A stretch of DNA of 62,905 nt, counting the filler, from Choristocarpus tenellus KU-1152 (Eukaryota; Protista; Phaeophyceae), in the NCBI GenBank assembly GCA_964200185.2. It is 9 parts of 9 records of this genome, joined end to end, with 100 filler letters (N's around TTAATTAATTAA, not from the genome) between each part and the next. Parts side by side here need not be neighbours in the genome. Positions count along the whole stretch, not along the records: positions 46,774 to 49,999 come from CAXNAD020021415.1; positions 50,100 to 58,184 come from CAXNAD020005170.1; positions 58,285 to 62,905 come from CAXNAD020013758.1; 6 more parts are not named here. The stretch is one strand, 5' to 3'. A program made the translations under genes and the position numbers. Shown here one piece after another: positions 48,568 through 61,240 of the stretch (the stretch's first letter is position 1; the number at the start of each line of letters is the position of its first letter). Below the pieces are notes generated by a model. That model saw only the letters and a list, made by a program, of their open reading frames with translations. It did not search any database and had not been told where the DNA came from.

Positions 48568-51500
48568 GTGAATGACTTGGACAATGTTGTATTTAATATT
48601 GCATAAGTGTACTACCGTGATCCTAAGTATAAATGTAGGGTTTGTTCCTCGTGTTTGGATGGGTCTTTGGTGTCCTAGGCATGTTTATGTATGTATGTGT
48701 GTGTGTGTATGTACTGGGATATTTGTTGTAGCACCTTGAGGGGTGTAAAAAAGGTTAGGGACAAAAAAAGTGAACAGATATGTATATATAGGAACAGATA
48801 TATTTACATACGTACACAAAATATGGTCAAACAATTAATTATAACCCTGGATTTAATTGAGACATTTTGTGTTGATTACAATATATTTGTGATATTATTT
48901 TTTGCAATTGAGTTAGTGGAATAGTTTATGAGCGGTGGCTTCAGTTAGGGTTGGGGGTTTAAAGTTGTGTTTGAATGACGTAGACACTTTTGACACGACT
49001 ATAAAATAGTGTGTGTTTTGACTAAGGGTATTTGTTCTATTTAATTTAAAGTATTGATTAAATTTTGAAATTGTGCATTTATTAAAAGGAATTAAAAGCG
49101 AACTTACGAGATCTTTTTTATTTTGAAACTAATAATACCACGGTGGTAGATTTTGAAGATCTTTGTTGCAATGACCTTGTCCTGTTGGTTGTGCCCTGTT
49201 GTACGCTTTTTTTCTTTCTGCCCACCCCCTCCCCCCAATGACAAGATGGATAAAATCTCAGTGGACATAGAATAACGTTTACACAATAAAATACTACAAA
49301 AAAAATTGAAGGTCATTGTGTGCATCTTGTGGGTGAGGATTTTAGTATTATATTGACCATTCTTTCAACAACATAAGCCTTTTGAATGGTTGGTTACTTT
49401 GTGTCTCCTCTCCTCCCGTCAATTGCTATATTGCACGGTACTCTTCAACTGTATGATAGCCCCCCCCTCCACTTCCTCCTCTGGGTCTGCTAGATGTTGG
49501 TACTATACTGCAGCTGTGGTTGCATACATACTTCAAATACTGTTAGTATATTGATGGCATGATTTATATTCTCTGATGTATTGATAGCGTTAAGAACTAC
49601 TAGATATTATTATTATTATTATTATTATTTATGGTGTGTATCTGCTGTTTCGAACACAAAATGCCAGAATCATACAGATAGTCATGGTGTGTTGCTCCCC
49701 TTGTACCTTGATTGCACACCATTGGCTCGTACCATATATGGTTCGTTTGGTGCAACAACAATAATGACAATAATGACCCTAAGTATCTGGGGGGGCAGGG
49801 TGGTTTACACGAGGGTGTCCATCTGGTGCAGAACCAGGAAAAGTGCACTTGCATTATCCATCCAACACATGCAACCAAATAACCCAGAAATTGCGACATG
49901 GAAGAATAGGCCCCAAATGGACAGCTGCCACCCCTCCCCCCCCCCTCCCCCGGATACTTTGAACCAATAATAGTAAAAATAACATCTCAATCCATCTTGN
50001 NNNNNNNNNNNNNNNNNNNNNNNNNNNNNNNNNNNNNNNNNNNTTAATTAATTAANNNNNNNNNNNNNNNNNNNNNNNNNNNNNNNNNNNNNNNNNNNNC
50101 CGTTTTCGTAAAACAACCATCCCCATAGTCCGGGTCCATCCCCAATTTTGAGGATCCCCTGTTATATGTTCTACATTCCCAAATACATCTGTACTCTATT
50201 GCAGTGGGGATTTACTGTGAGCCCTACTTTGCATCTGATCCACTTGCACCCATCAGGATCTCCACGCCTGAAAAGCAGGATATATACCTAGCACACCCTA
50301 ATCACAAAAGGTGCGCAGAATGACAACGATTGAGCTCAGCTGTACGGCAACACTGTAAGAGTCTTTCCCCCCTCTAAGAGATCTCTGCCATAAGAAGAAA
50401 CACATCAAGACCAGTCGGTTAAGATCTCCAAAGTATGTGAGTACTGAGGATGTGGTCCCAGCCCTCTTTTGTGCTTTGGGCAACACACCCCTCATAACCT
50501 GCTTCGATTATGGAAGGGTCTGCCTTGCCAACCCCGCCTTGGTGTCCCAATTGAGTTGTTAGACAGTTCTGCCTCCGGTGAGCCTCAAAATGAAGTAACC
50601 AATGCCCCCACCCTCCCAGAGTCAATCTAATCAGTCCCTTTTTAGAGACACTTTCAACAGACCCGGTATAAGCAACCCCTCTTCCATCTCTCAGAAATAT
50701 ACTCACAATTTCGTCGACCTCAAGAGTTTCTCTCTTTGTCCATTCCTCTCTCTCCTACAACAATCAAAACACACTCTTTTGCTACGATACAGGTATGTTC
50801 GCATCGAAATTTACTGAAGCGGGTAATGTTAGTATACAGCAAGTACTCTCCACATCTCACGTATTCACAGCATGTTGTAGTGACTAGCAGTTGCCACTAG
50901 GAAGATGAGCAGACCAGGTACTGATGGAACAGTGTTCTCACAGTTGATAACCACACCACTTGGACCCTCCCCTCCAAAATACCCATCAGCCCACAAGTGC
51001 TATATTGAAACCCCACAAGGAATTCTCGCCAAGTGTGAAATGCAAAAACTATCCTCAATATTGGAGATGTAAAACAGACACTGCACACGGGGCTTATCCC
51101 ACCTCGAAAAAACACGTATCTGCTTCTGCTACATTTCCCGGTCGCCTTACAGTTCCATCAAGAAAAAGGACTCGCATTACCTTAGTTGTACACTTCAAGA
51201 CACAATTACTGAACAAAACATGAACCCCTCCATTTTTTTTGTAGGTACGACAGAATCCAGATAGCAAACAAGGTAAGGCACTCACTCCATTCAATCGACT
51301 GGAAATATTTATCTTGGATCCAACCCATGTTGCCTTATTTCTATTATTTAATCCTGACCCTCCCAAAATGCATACATTTACAAACATGAATTTCTCATAC
51401 ATAACCCAAAGAAAAAAAAGCATGTATGAAATGTACGCTTCAACATAATTGCTGAACAAAACGTGTAGGTATAGTTCATTTTTGAAAAAAATACAAGGCC

Positions 51501-51907
51501 CAGATAGCAAAAAAAGACATTCACGGTAAGAAAACGTATATTCCTCGACCCAACTCATGTTGGCCTTTGAATTATTTATATCCAGGCAGGTCTCCCAGGG
51601 TGCATGCACACATAAACAGACCCAACATAGATTAGAAATACCCATAGTTTTTGATGCTTAGCATTTTATTAAGCTCTTTTTTATATTTTGCAACTCTCCC
51701 ATATTTCTATGGATGAAGTAGTTTCAAAAGTGCTGGGCACTGCCGTAATTCTGAACCAATAGACAAGTTGTTTGTGTGCAATACGATCCATACGTTTGTT
51801 GGTATCTCGTCCATGCATGGAAGAGGGCAAGCATATGGTGCTGGCAGATCAGACAGTAGTAGCGAATGGGGTGCAAAGTCGTTCTGCCCGGTATTAGAAG
51901 AGTTATT

Positions 51908-52597
51908 GACCCAAAGCATTTAAGAGGGTAGGGCCTCGTCCGTTCTGGGTCATAAATCCAATGTTGCGATTTTGATTAATCTTGGCTATCGTGTTTGTTA
52001 CCAAGTGACAATATCCTTGCTCCAGACACACCTGTCATAGTCCTACACATTTTAGAGCCAAAGTATCTGGGAGGGGGGGGGGTCTAGACCAGGGTGTCCA
52101 TTTGGGTCAGAATCAGGAAATGTGCATTTTCATTATCCATCGGACGTATGCAACCAAATCACACCAAAATTGCGACATGAAAAAAGTGAGCCCAAATGGA
52201 CAGTCGGCACCCCCCCTCAGATACTTTGAGCCTTACACACTCCGAAATCCGAAATTTTCACACAGAAAACCGAAAAAGAGCATAAAAAAAACGTGGGAAG
52301 CCAAGTCCCGAACGGACAAACAAGCCAAAACTCCTACCCTCTTAAATTTGCTTTGGTTCAGGAGTTTTACCTTGTTTGTCAGTTCAGGGCTTGGCTTTCC
52401 ACGTTTTTTTTATGCCTTTTTTGGGGGTCTTCTGTGTGAACACAGATACCTAAAGTGCATAGGACTACGAAAGGTATGTCCAGAACAAGGATGTTGACAC
52501 TTGGCGACAGACACGATAACCAAAATTCATCAAAATCGCAACTTTGGATTTATGAGCCGAAACGAATGCAACCCTACCCTCTTAAACGCTTTGACTC
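51908..52597. mobile_element. Inverted pair of MITE B copies (51908-52359 and 52360-52597) with MITE C nested at 52055-52232
   Basis: Outer ends GACCCAAAGCATTTAAGAGGGTAG / CTACCCTCTTAAACGCTTTGACTC; the second copy is reverse-oriented and lacks its inner TIR. Confidence 0.85.
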
Positions 52598-52719
52598 TTT
52601 TTAGAACTTTTTCCCACCAATCACGAAGCTCAAGTTATCCACGGTATGAGGCATTATATTGCTCCAAATGTACCGATTATCGATACAACACATATTTTAA
52701 CATCATTGTTTACTTTTCC

Positions 52720-53580
52720 AGTGGTCCTTTTGTTTGTTCAGCTTGTTCTCTGATACACATGCAAGATGTTGGATTGCCTAACAATACAGGAGGACAGGTC
52801 CACCTACACACACCAATGGTGAAGCGTCCAGGTCAACTCTTGAAAGGAATGGGCATCCCTTGCACTATGGAAGACGGTAGCCCTTTCACAGTGGACCAGA
52901 ATTTCCGCATGGATCTAGTCTTCCATGCTGGGGCACTCATGGACGCCGAATCAGCCCCATACTGGGATGAAGACCTCCTCCTGAATGTAACATTTCCAGA
53001 AGTGTACGCAGCCTCCCATCCACCACACTCATCCACCAGCAATGGTGTAGCTGCTGCTGCAACCGAGGCGCCAAAGTCCATTACTAGGGTTCTTTTGACC
53101 CTCGTAGTTGTAACCTCAACACCTTCGCGGTGGAACTTTTTGGGCACCTTGGTAAGCAAGCAGAAAGTTTTCTGGATGAGTTCACTACGCACACGGTAGG
53201 GGGGAGAGGGATGGGAGGCTACACCAGGAAAGGAGCTGTCAAGTCCCGTTTACGACATATTGTGTCCATCACAACAGAAGTGGCTCTATCAAGACGCGTC
53301 ATGCGTTTTAAGCTGGAGACACAAGGGAGATGGGCAAGGAGAGGTCTATCATATTCTTGGAACGCTTCCCTTAGTCCTCGCCCAGGGTTGTGGGGCTAAG
53401 CTAAGTTGGAGGCAATAGGAGGGGAGTGGTGTGGCGTAGTTGGTAGTAAAATAGTAAATAGATGATAGAAAAATGTCTTTCATATTTACGACAACTGTTA
53501 CTTTTACAGGGGTTGCTCTGATATTGAATTGATTTTTAATTGTTTTTTCCCCTGACACATCTCCAAAATGTCAGAGGGCA
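52720..53580 (+). mobile_element. RLE-type (CRE-like) non-LTR retrotransposon 3' end, degraded
   Basis: Zn-knuckle-like CSAC..H...GGQVHLH, RLE-like RMDLV.....LLNVT, then ELFGHLGKQAESFL..SRLRHIVSITTEVALSRR; 3' UTR shared with 1-445. Confidence 0.7.
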
Positions 53581-53712
53581 AAATAATATAATAAAATATA
53601 TAGCAATGTTATATCTATGGTGAGTCCACATGTAGTGTTGGTGCCGGGTGATATAATAGCTACCCAATTGTACAGAAGCGATGTTTTGTATAGTATATAT
53701 ATTTTACTGATA

Positions 53713-53928
53713 TGCCCTCTGACATTTTGCAGATGTGTCAAGGGAAAACGCAATGAAAACTAATCACATGTCAGAAAAATCCCTAAAATAGCAACAGTTG
53801 TCATAAATGTGAAACCATTTAATTCTATTTACTATTTTACTACCAGCTATGCTGTACCATTGCCTGTGCCTCCAACCTAGCTTAGTCCTGCACCCCAGGT
53901 CGTGGAGCTAGGGAAGCATCCCAAGAAT
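53713..53928 (-). mobile_element. Short inverted 3'-end copy of the same CRE-like element
   Basis: Reverse complement matches 53353-53580 and ends at the same TGTCAGAGGGCA terminus. Confidence 0.75.
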
Positions 53929-55444
53929 CTAACAAGCAGATATATCAGGCAGAACCCGACAGTAATACGTGACGAAAGTTTCAAAAGTAAATGGTATGTA
54001 GGTACGCATATATGCAGGTTAAGAAATCAACAGGGCACCCACACAGCATTCTGTTTGCGCCATAAAAACGAATGTTGAAACTTTATGAATGGTGCAATGG
54101 TGGAGGTTTATGAATGTGTATGTATGGAATAAGTTGTGGTGTATATAAAACTGCGTTTGAGACTGGCATAGGCAAGTCGTGAGTACGATTATGAGAAGGG
54201 GACAACTGAAATGAAGCATGCTTTATTAAAATGCTTGAGGTTTTTGGGGTTGGGGTGGGGTGATAGTTAACGCTGTGTGTGGACAGGGGGGGCGACGGCT
54301 TAGTATTTCTCTTCTAAGGACGTTCCATGGGAAGGAAGGCACAAAGGTTGAGGGTTAGTTGAGGGGGATTAAAAAATTTGATAGGAAGGAGAGGTTGAGG
54401 TGAAGGGTGTAAATTAAAACGTGTCCATACCAGAGCACAGAATAGATGTAAAATGAAGATGGGATGTGGCTGATAACTTCATTTTGACAATTTGTCATAG
54501 GTGGAGGAAATCACGGTTCAGGGAGAACATTGTGTTTTGGTATGGATTATGTGGAGGAAGTAAGTATTCCAGGAGATTATTGTCGTGTGTGGATGTGTTG
54601 TAGTCCATGTGTCTGTGTTCGTCAGTGGACTGCTTCTGTTGGTAGTGCCATGTTGAGTGGTGATGTAATGCTGGTACACACACACACATGAACTATATAA
54701 AAACTAAAAGTGATAAACGCACATGACCAGAAGATTACAGACACCGGTGAACCCGTAGTAGCGTGTGGAACTATGTATCTATGTTTGATACTCCAAGTGA
54801 TGATGGAGTGGTGCATTATGACGGTCTTGTAGTGGTGTTTGACGTAGGTGCTCTATGTAAAACGGTTCTAACAATTCCTTTCGACGTTTCAAACGACACA
54901 GGTCCACAATGCGAGCACTACAAAGAGAAAGAGAATGGCACACACAAAAAGATGATGACAAGAGCTGCATGTACATGTGCGGAGGGAATAAAATTAGCCT
55001 CATGTGTGGTGGGAATACCACCACGTAAGTAATTTCCACCTGTAACAAGGTTACACATGTAAAGTCAAGGTATTGAATTTATGTATTGTCACACTCTCAG
55101 TGTTGATCTATTTTGCGGCGAGGAACACCACAGAGTTGTTTTTACAGGGGAGGAGAAAGTCGACACTCGACGGAGTTTGTACATAAAGGGACAAATTGCA
55201 AATTTGAAAAGTGGAGCTTCTGACTTAAACTGACGGTGACCATTCGTTGTTGAATTGTTCTCTCCAATTTCTTCACGTATTGTTGGATGTATGTGTGTGC
55301 ACACAGTTGCACCCTTTTCGTTCTACACATGGGGTTACTACAGATTCACATTTCGAGGTGTCTTCTGTTGGTGTTTGGCTGGATGTATGGCGATTGACAT
55401 GTTAACGGTGATAACTGTGTTGTACAATAGGTCCAAGCTGATTT

Positions 55445-57706
55445 CTTCCTCCGTTAGGAATTAAATGTAACATGCCCTTAGGACAAAGTATGTTAGAGGG
55501 TAGAGCCGCGTCCGTTTGGGGGCCAAAATCCAATGTTGCCATTTTGATGCAATTTTGGCTATAATGTTTGTTAGGAGATGTCAATATCATTGTTCCGAAC
55601 ACACCTTTTTATAACGTTTGCATTTTACCCACTCTGAAACATTTCAGAGTGGGTAAAATGTCCTTAAAAACCAGTGGGAAGCCAAACCCCAAATTGACAA
55701 ACAAGGAAAAACTCTTACCCCCTAAGATACTTTCACTCTTTTGCAGCCCTGATGAGGAAGCAAGATTGTTTTCACATGTTGATATTTTATGCGTGTATTG
55801 TAGAGACACTAAAAAGGTTGCCCACCAAAATCTAAGCAAAATAAGGCAGCCTCCACCTATCTATGATTTCGCCCCCGAAGTCCCTCCAAAACTCCATTCC
55901 AGCATGGTATTCTGCCGGATCCATCGGGGCATTTGGAGGGAGCTTGCCCGCCTTCTTAGCCTTTTCCTTACTAAGATGGGGAATTTGAAGACGTTGCCAC
56001 CCTTCAACCCCAGCACTCTGCCACAAACTCGAAGAGGCTCTGCCAGACGAGTGAAAGTATCTTAGAGGAATCGGGTTTTTCCCTGCTTGTCCATTTGGGA
56101 CTTGGCTTCCACTGGTTTTTATTGGCATTTTGCCTACTCCAAAATGTTTCTGAGTAGGTAAAATGTATACGTTATGAAAAGGAGTGTCCAGAACGAGGAT
56201 ATTGACATCTCCTAAGAAACATGATAGCCAAAGTTACATCAAAATCGCAACATTGGATTTTGGCCCCCAAATGGACACGGCTCTTTCCTCTAAGATACTT
56301 TGACTCAGACGCGTTCTCTACTATCTCCTGGGAGTACACATCGAATGCCTCCTTTCTGGTCTCCTCCAGCTCCTCTGCATTGGTCACCCCTACGTCTTCC
56401 TTCAGTTACTGGATGAAATGAAATAATACCAGTTCGTTGACGTTGAGGTCAGATGAGTTGGCTGGCTGGATCTCTATGACAATGTTGTCCCCTGCCGCCT
56501 CCTCCGTTGCCTCCATGACCCCCCCCTTGGTGTGTGGCTTTGCCCCTTCCTGCTGCATGAACATAGTGTGTCCTTCTGGTCTAGCCATGTGGACCTAGGT
56601 TGCCAGGATCATGAGCTATTATACCTCTCCCCGTCCACCGCGGCTGGCAGAAGCGCCTTGGTGCCCTTGGGGCGGTGTTTTTTGGAGCACTAAGCGACCT
56701 TAGTGTCCAGGATTAGCCAGATCCCGGTTTTCCCATTGCACCACACCAGCTTCTTAGGGCGGACCACAGCTGCAACAAACATCACCTTCCCTTCATAAAT
56801 GTACGCATATTCTGTGCCCGTGGAGGCCTGGGGGGGTCCTCGGTGGGGTGCAGGTACACACCTTGCTCATCTATGAGCATGTAAAACCACTTCTCGTCCA
56901 CATGCACCCAGTCATATAGATCATTCACTAATAACTCACTTCCTTCCTTCTTGTGCATATTGCTCGTGACGAAACTAACCCTGCTATCCTTCTGCTGGTC
57001 TGAGAGGACTGACTTGATCTACCACTTCACCTTCTTCACCTTCTTGCGCTCGCACAGATCCCACAACGAGGCAAGGGGGATCCAAGCTTTGGCTGCCCAT
57101 TTGCGGAAGGATGTGGGGTGTACCAACGGGACACCCCAAACGTTGAGAATACTTACATGGCGACCACATCACTCCTTGCGACATTGTACAAGGTCCATGC
57201 ATTCACCCTTTGCATTGTGGTTACCGTACTCCTTCAGATCACAGAACATGATGAGTCGTGAAATTCTAAAGTCCTCCACGATGGCTGCCGCAGTCCTCCG
57301 AGGCATTCGAGTCTTACACCCTCTCACCTACGGGCATTGCATCACCACACTGTTCTTTGTCGGGGTGTTTGATTCCGGATCCACAGACTTCTGGGTCGAA
57401 GAATTGGGACCAACAGGCGACGACGGGATGAGCAAGCAAATCGAACAACGGGGGTTCTTTGTCCTAGTCATCATCATCATCCCAATAAACACCCGCTTTA
57501 ACAGTTTCACGAAGTTTTTGAACTTCGTCAGAGACTTGGTCGACTTTGCGGTTGTGATCCTCCACAGTCCTGACAGCCAACCATCTCAATCTTTGCATGC
57601 CACCCAATCTATACGAGAACAAAGTCTCATCCAGAGGGTTTATCACGTGGGTTGTTCCCAGGCGAGAACAGAGCTTGCGTAAGTTATGTTACATTGAATT
57701 CCTAAC
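55445..57706 (-). mobile_element. Near full-length degenerate mariner (DD37D) with MITE A at 55480-55738 and 56049-56306
   Basis: TIR cttcctccgttaggaattaaatgtaac and partial gttacattgaattcctaac; WVHVDEKWFY, QQEGAKPH..QPANSSDLNVNE. The MITE at 56049 has TSD AGAC. Confidence 0.9.
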
Positions 57707-58340
57707 AAAATACCTATTAACAGGGTAAAATATGTCCTTGAGGTGTCTCAAAAAGGGTTGTACGCAAACTCGAAAGCAAAACTTTGGGCTTGCATGTGCA
57801 TCGTCTCAATAGTTCCAAAGGTTTGCGTGAAAATCTTCTCACTACTTCCAAAAATAGTTCTATATTCAATTGCTGCATGTCCCTGATAACTCATCCTTCA
57901 ATCAATGGTAGAATTGGAGGAAGAGTTGGTACTGTAAGAAACAGAACAGCGACGAACACTGTATGTAGAGATATGTAGAGATAGAAAAAATAATGGCAAC
58001 GACCAAGAATTATAGTTGGAGCGTGGAACACACCTTGAACAGCGATCATGATGATGGCCGATGGATCATTTCATGGAGGATAGGTTTGACCGAAATGGTG
58101 CGTGGAAAGTGCCCATATGTTTTTTTTTGTAAATGTCATAAAAACTTTTTAGGGCCCATTTTTGAATGAGAATCCATGACAAGCNNNNNNNNNNNNNNNN
58201 NNNNNNNNNNNNNNNNNNNNNNNNNNNNTTAATTAATTAANNNNNNNNNNNNNNNNNNNNNNNNNNNNNNNNNNNNNNNNNNNNTTTTTTTTTGGTCCCT
58301 GGGTGCCACCCACTTTTATGCCGGGGGGCGCCCAAAAATA

Positions 58341-58371
<31 letters not shown>

Positions 58372-58397
58372 TTCCCTGCCGTTGCAATACCTCCCAG

Positions 58398-59641
58398 CTA
58401 TCACAGAAGCAACAATTTATCAGCACTTTGCACACGATGAACAGGGAGGCATTTCGAATGCAGGAGGCCGAGGGTGCTGATGTTGGGTGCGTTTCTTCAT
58501 CGAATCATTCTCCTCTTTTTTGTCTGGTATCAGACCACAACCGCTATTACTGAAGTCGTTTGAACCAACTACCTATTCAGCTTCGCTGACATCCAAATCA
58601 CTCTCCAGTAGCTGGATGGCCTTTTTTCTTGGTTCCAAGCACTCACAATCCATGATGTGCTTTCTACTTCCATTTTTTTGTTGGCTTGTCTCATCGCACA
58701 GAAATTTCTGTGAAAATGTTGTCAATTGTAACGTTGGGACATGATACTGATGACTACCTCCTGCCCTCCTTCACACATCCCGATGCGCATCCCATGGAAC
58801 AGGCTCCTCTCTCAAAAGTTTGCCAACAGGAAAGATCGTCTGGACCAACTGTCCACGGAAAATCAATCAGGGGAGGAAACAGAGGGTGAGGGGTTTACCA
58901 AGGATTCTTCGGAGGTGGGAATACCTGCTGTTGGTGATGGAAAAATCGAGGAGGGGGTTTTGAAGCAGCAGACAAAGGCAACGGTGTCGGTTACAGGAGT
59001 GGGAAAACCTGGTGGTGTCGTCAGTGTTGGACAGAAGCGACCTCGCACTCAGCCTACAGAAGGGTTGGTGAGCCAACCTGTGATCCTTGTAACGAGAGAG
59101 CTTTGAATTGATTATTTTATTATTGTTTTGACTCAGGGGGGTGCAGCCGAGGAGGGATTGAATTAATTGTGTGGCACCTTTGTTTGAAATGTACAGTTTA
59201 CTCTGTGAAGGATTAGACTTAAATCACAGTGCTGAACAGAGACTTGCTTGTATGTGATAGTTTTTCCTCCTCTCTTTTTTTTATTTATTTTTGTATCGCA
59301 TGAACAGGATTTCAGCAAGGAAGAGGAGAAAAGGCCTGATGTGCAGGTTCATGTTGAGGTTTTTTCACAGGTGGAGATTGGCGAAGTGTGGCATATAACA
59401 CGAGTGATGGAGATGACCTTTTTTTAGAACGTATGAAATCCTCCCGCAGTACTCAAATATGACCTTTTTTTAAATTTTGCATTTGGTTTCTCATCAAGGT
59501 ACGCTTTCTTTTCTTTTTTGTTACCCTTGTCTACAGAGGAGAGGAAGCAGCTCATGCCTCACTTCACGATTGCCACCACCGCCCCTACCGGAAGATGAGA
59601 CCACAACAACCGCAAAGAAAAGAGTTCTGTTGCGTTTGTGA
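58398..59641 (+). CDS. 3' exons of an unidentified gene; 58398-58486, 58803-59067, 59308-59370, 59537-59641
   Basis: Four AG/GT-bounded segments that splice in frame (LSQKQQFISTLHTMNREAFRMQE..VG|LLSQKFANRKDRLDQL..GQKRPR..GL|DFSKEEEKRP..FSQ|RRGSS..LLRL*). No family recognised; possible NLS (KRPR). Confidence 0.5.
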
Positions 59642-61240
59642 CTGACATACAGGGCTGTGTTCCGCTGGCGTTGGATGGGACAGGAACGGTCACAATAAAC
59701 TCACAATAATTGAAAAGGTGGCCTTGAAATTTGTGTTCCCTCCTCCCCCCTTCCCCCCTGCTTGGTGTGTAGTAGGAGACGTTTGAGGGGTGAGAATAGC
59801 TTTAGTTGTATAGGTAGAAGAGTGACGAAGCATTGACCCATCATTGACTGGTGGCTCTCTATTGTTATTACAGTTATACTTTTTTCTTCTGTATTGTACA
59901 ATTTTGCGCTGGGAGTGTGCAGTGGAGGAAAAAACGATAAGAAACAGGAAGATTTTTTTTTTTTCTTTGGGATTTTTTTTTTCTGAAGTGGGATGATACT
60001 ATTAATAGTACTGGTTAGTTTAGTAGGGTAAGGTGCCTAGATTATTGTAATCCCATTGCACATGGTGAGAAGAAGATTTTTTTTGTCGAGTGGTTGTTGG
60101 GGTGTAATATGTGCTCCTTTATTTGTTTTCATGTGGGGGTGGGGGGGTTGGGGGGGGGCGGGGGGTGCTGAGTCTCATGTTATTGTTATGCGGGGTATAA
60201 CCGTTTTGACTGTTTTTGCTTATTTTTGTCAATAATTTTTGTGCAGGGGTGCGGTTTGAGTATTAAGGTCAAGCTGAGCAAGATTGAGGAACTGAGATAT
60301 ATTTTGCATAGTAAAAATAAGTGAAGTGTATTCTCTTTGGTTGATGTCATGTGTTGCTCATTCTCTAGTAGGGTCGATTTTTTTTTTTCATACGATATGT
60401 ATGCTTCCCTACAATTGTAGCATGGACTTTCCTGGTTCTTATCGTGTTATGCGGAGAATGACCTGTTTTCTGTTCTGTTCAGTGCTTTTTGTCGTGTTAC
60501 GTGTGTACCTGGGGAGCAAGGTGTATGTGTGTGTGTGTATGTGTGTTCATGTGCATCATTCAATGTGCCGGTCAGTCTTATGTTGATGGAAACAAATAAG
60601 GAGGCTTGTCCATATTCTTGCTATGTTCATTCTGCATTTGGCATGTGTATAGGACGGACCGAACATTTTGTTGAGAAACACTTAGGAGAGCTACTGTATT
60701 GTGGTGTGTGTGTATGTGTGTGTGCACGACAGTGGCATACTTTGGTAAGCTGAACATACAATTAGAGCTCTTTAGACTGATACCATGACGTATTTCAATG
60801 AGTGCATGGCTTGCTCACGTCCCATGATTAATTATGTGTGACAGTTGACGATTTGGAGTCGGAGGCGCTCGAAAGTTGAATCCAGTCACACTTCATATGT
60901 CCTCCTGCTTGTCAATATGCCTCCTACCTCAACACTTATGCTGTTCTTGCCCTATTGTCACTGCACTGTGAAGGCCCGCCATCCACCTCAGGTTTTCCTT
61001 GTTTTTGTTGCATCGGGATATATATCTGTATAGTTCAAGTAAACAACCTATACCCCTTGCCACATAGAAGTGAGATTGTGTCATTCAGAACAGATTTCGT
61101 ACCTGTGAGAAATCCGGCAACAAGTGGGTTTGAATCCGCACATCACCTCCTAAGGAATGCAGACTTTCAATCCCTCAGCTAGTGGACACTCATTGGTAAC
61201 AACTCAGAAGATGTGGTGGAAAAAGTAGTTGAGGTGGCAA

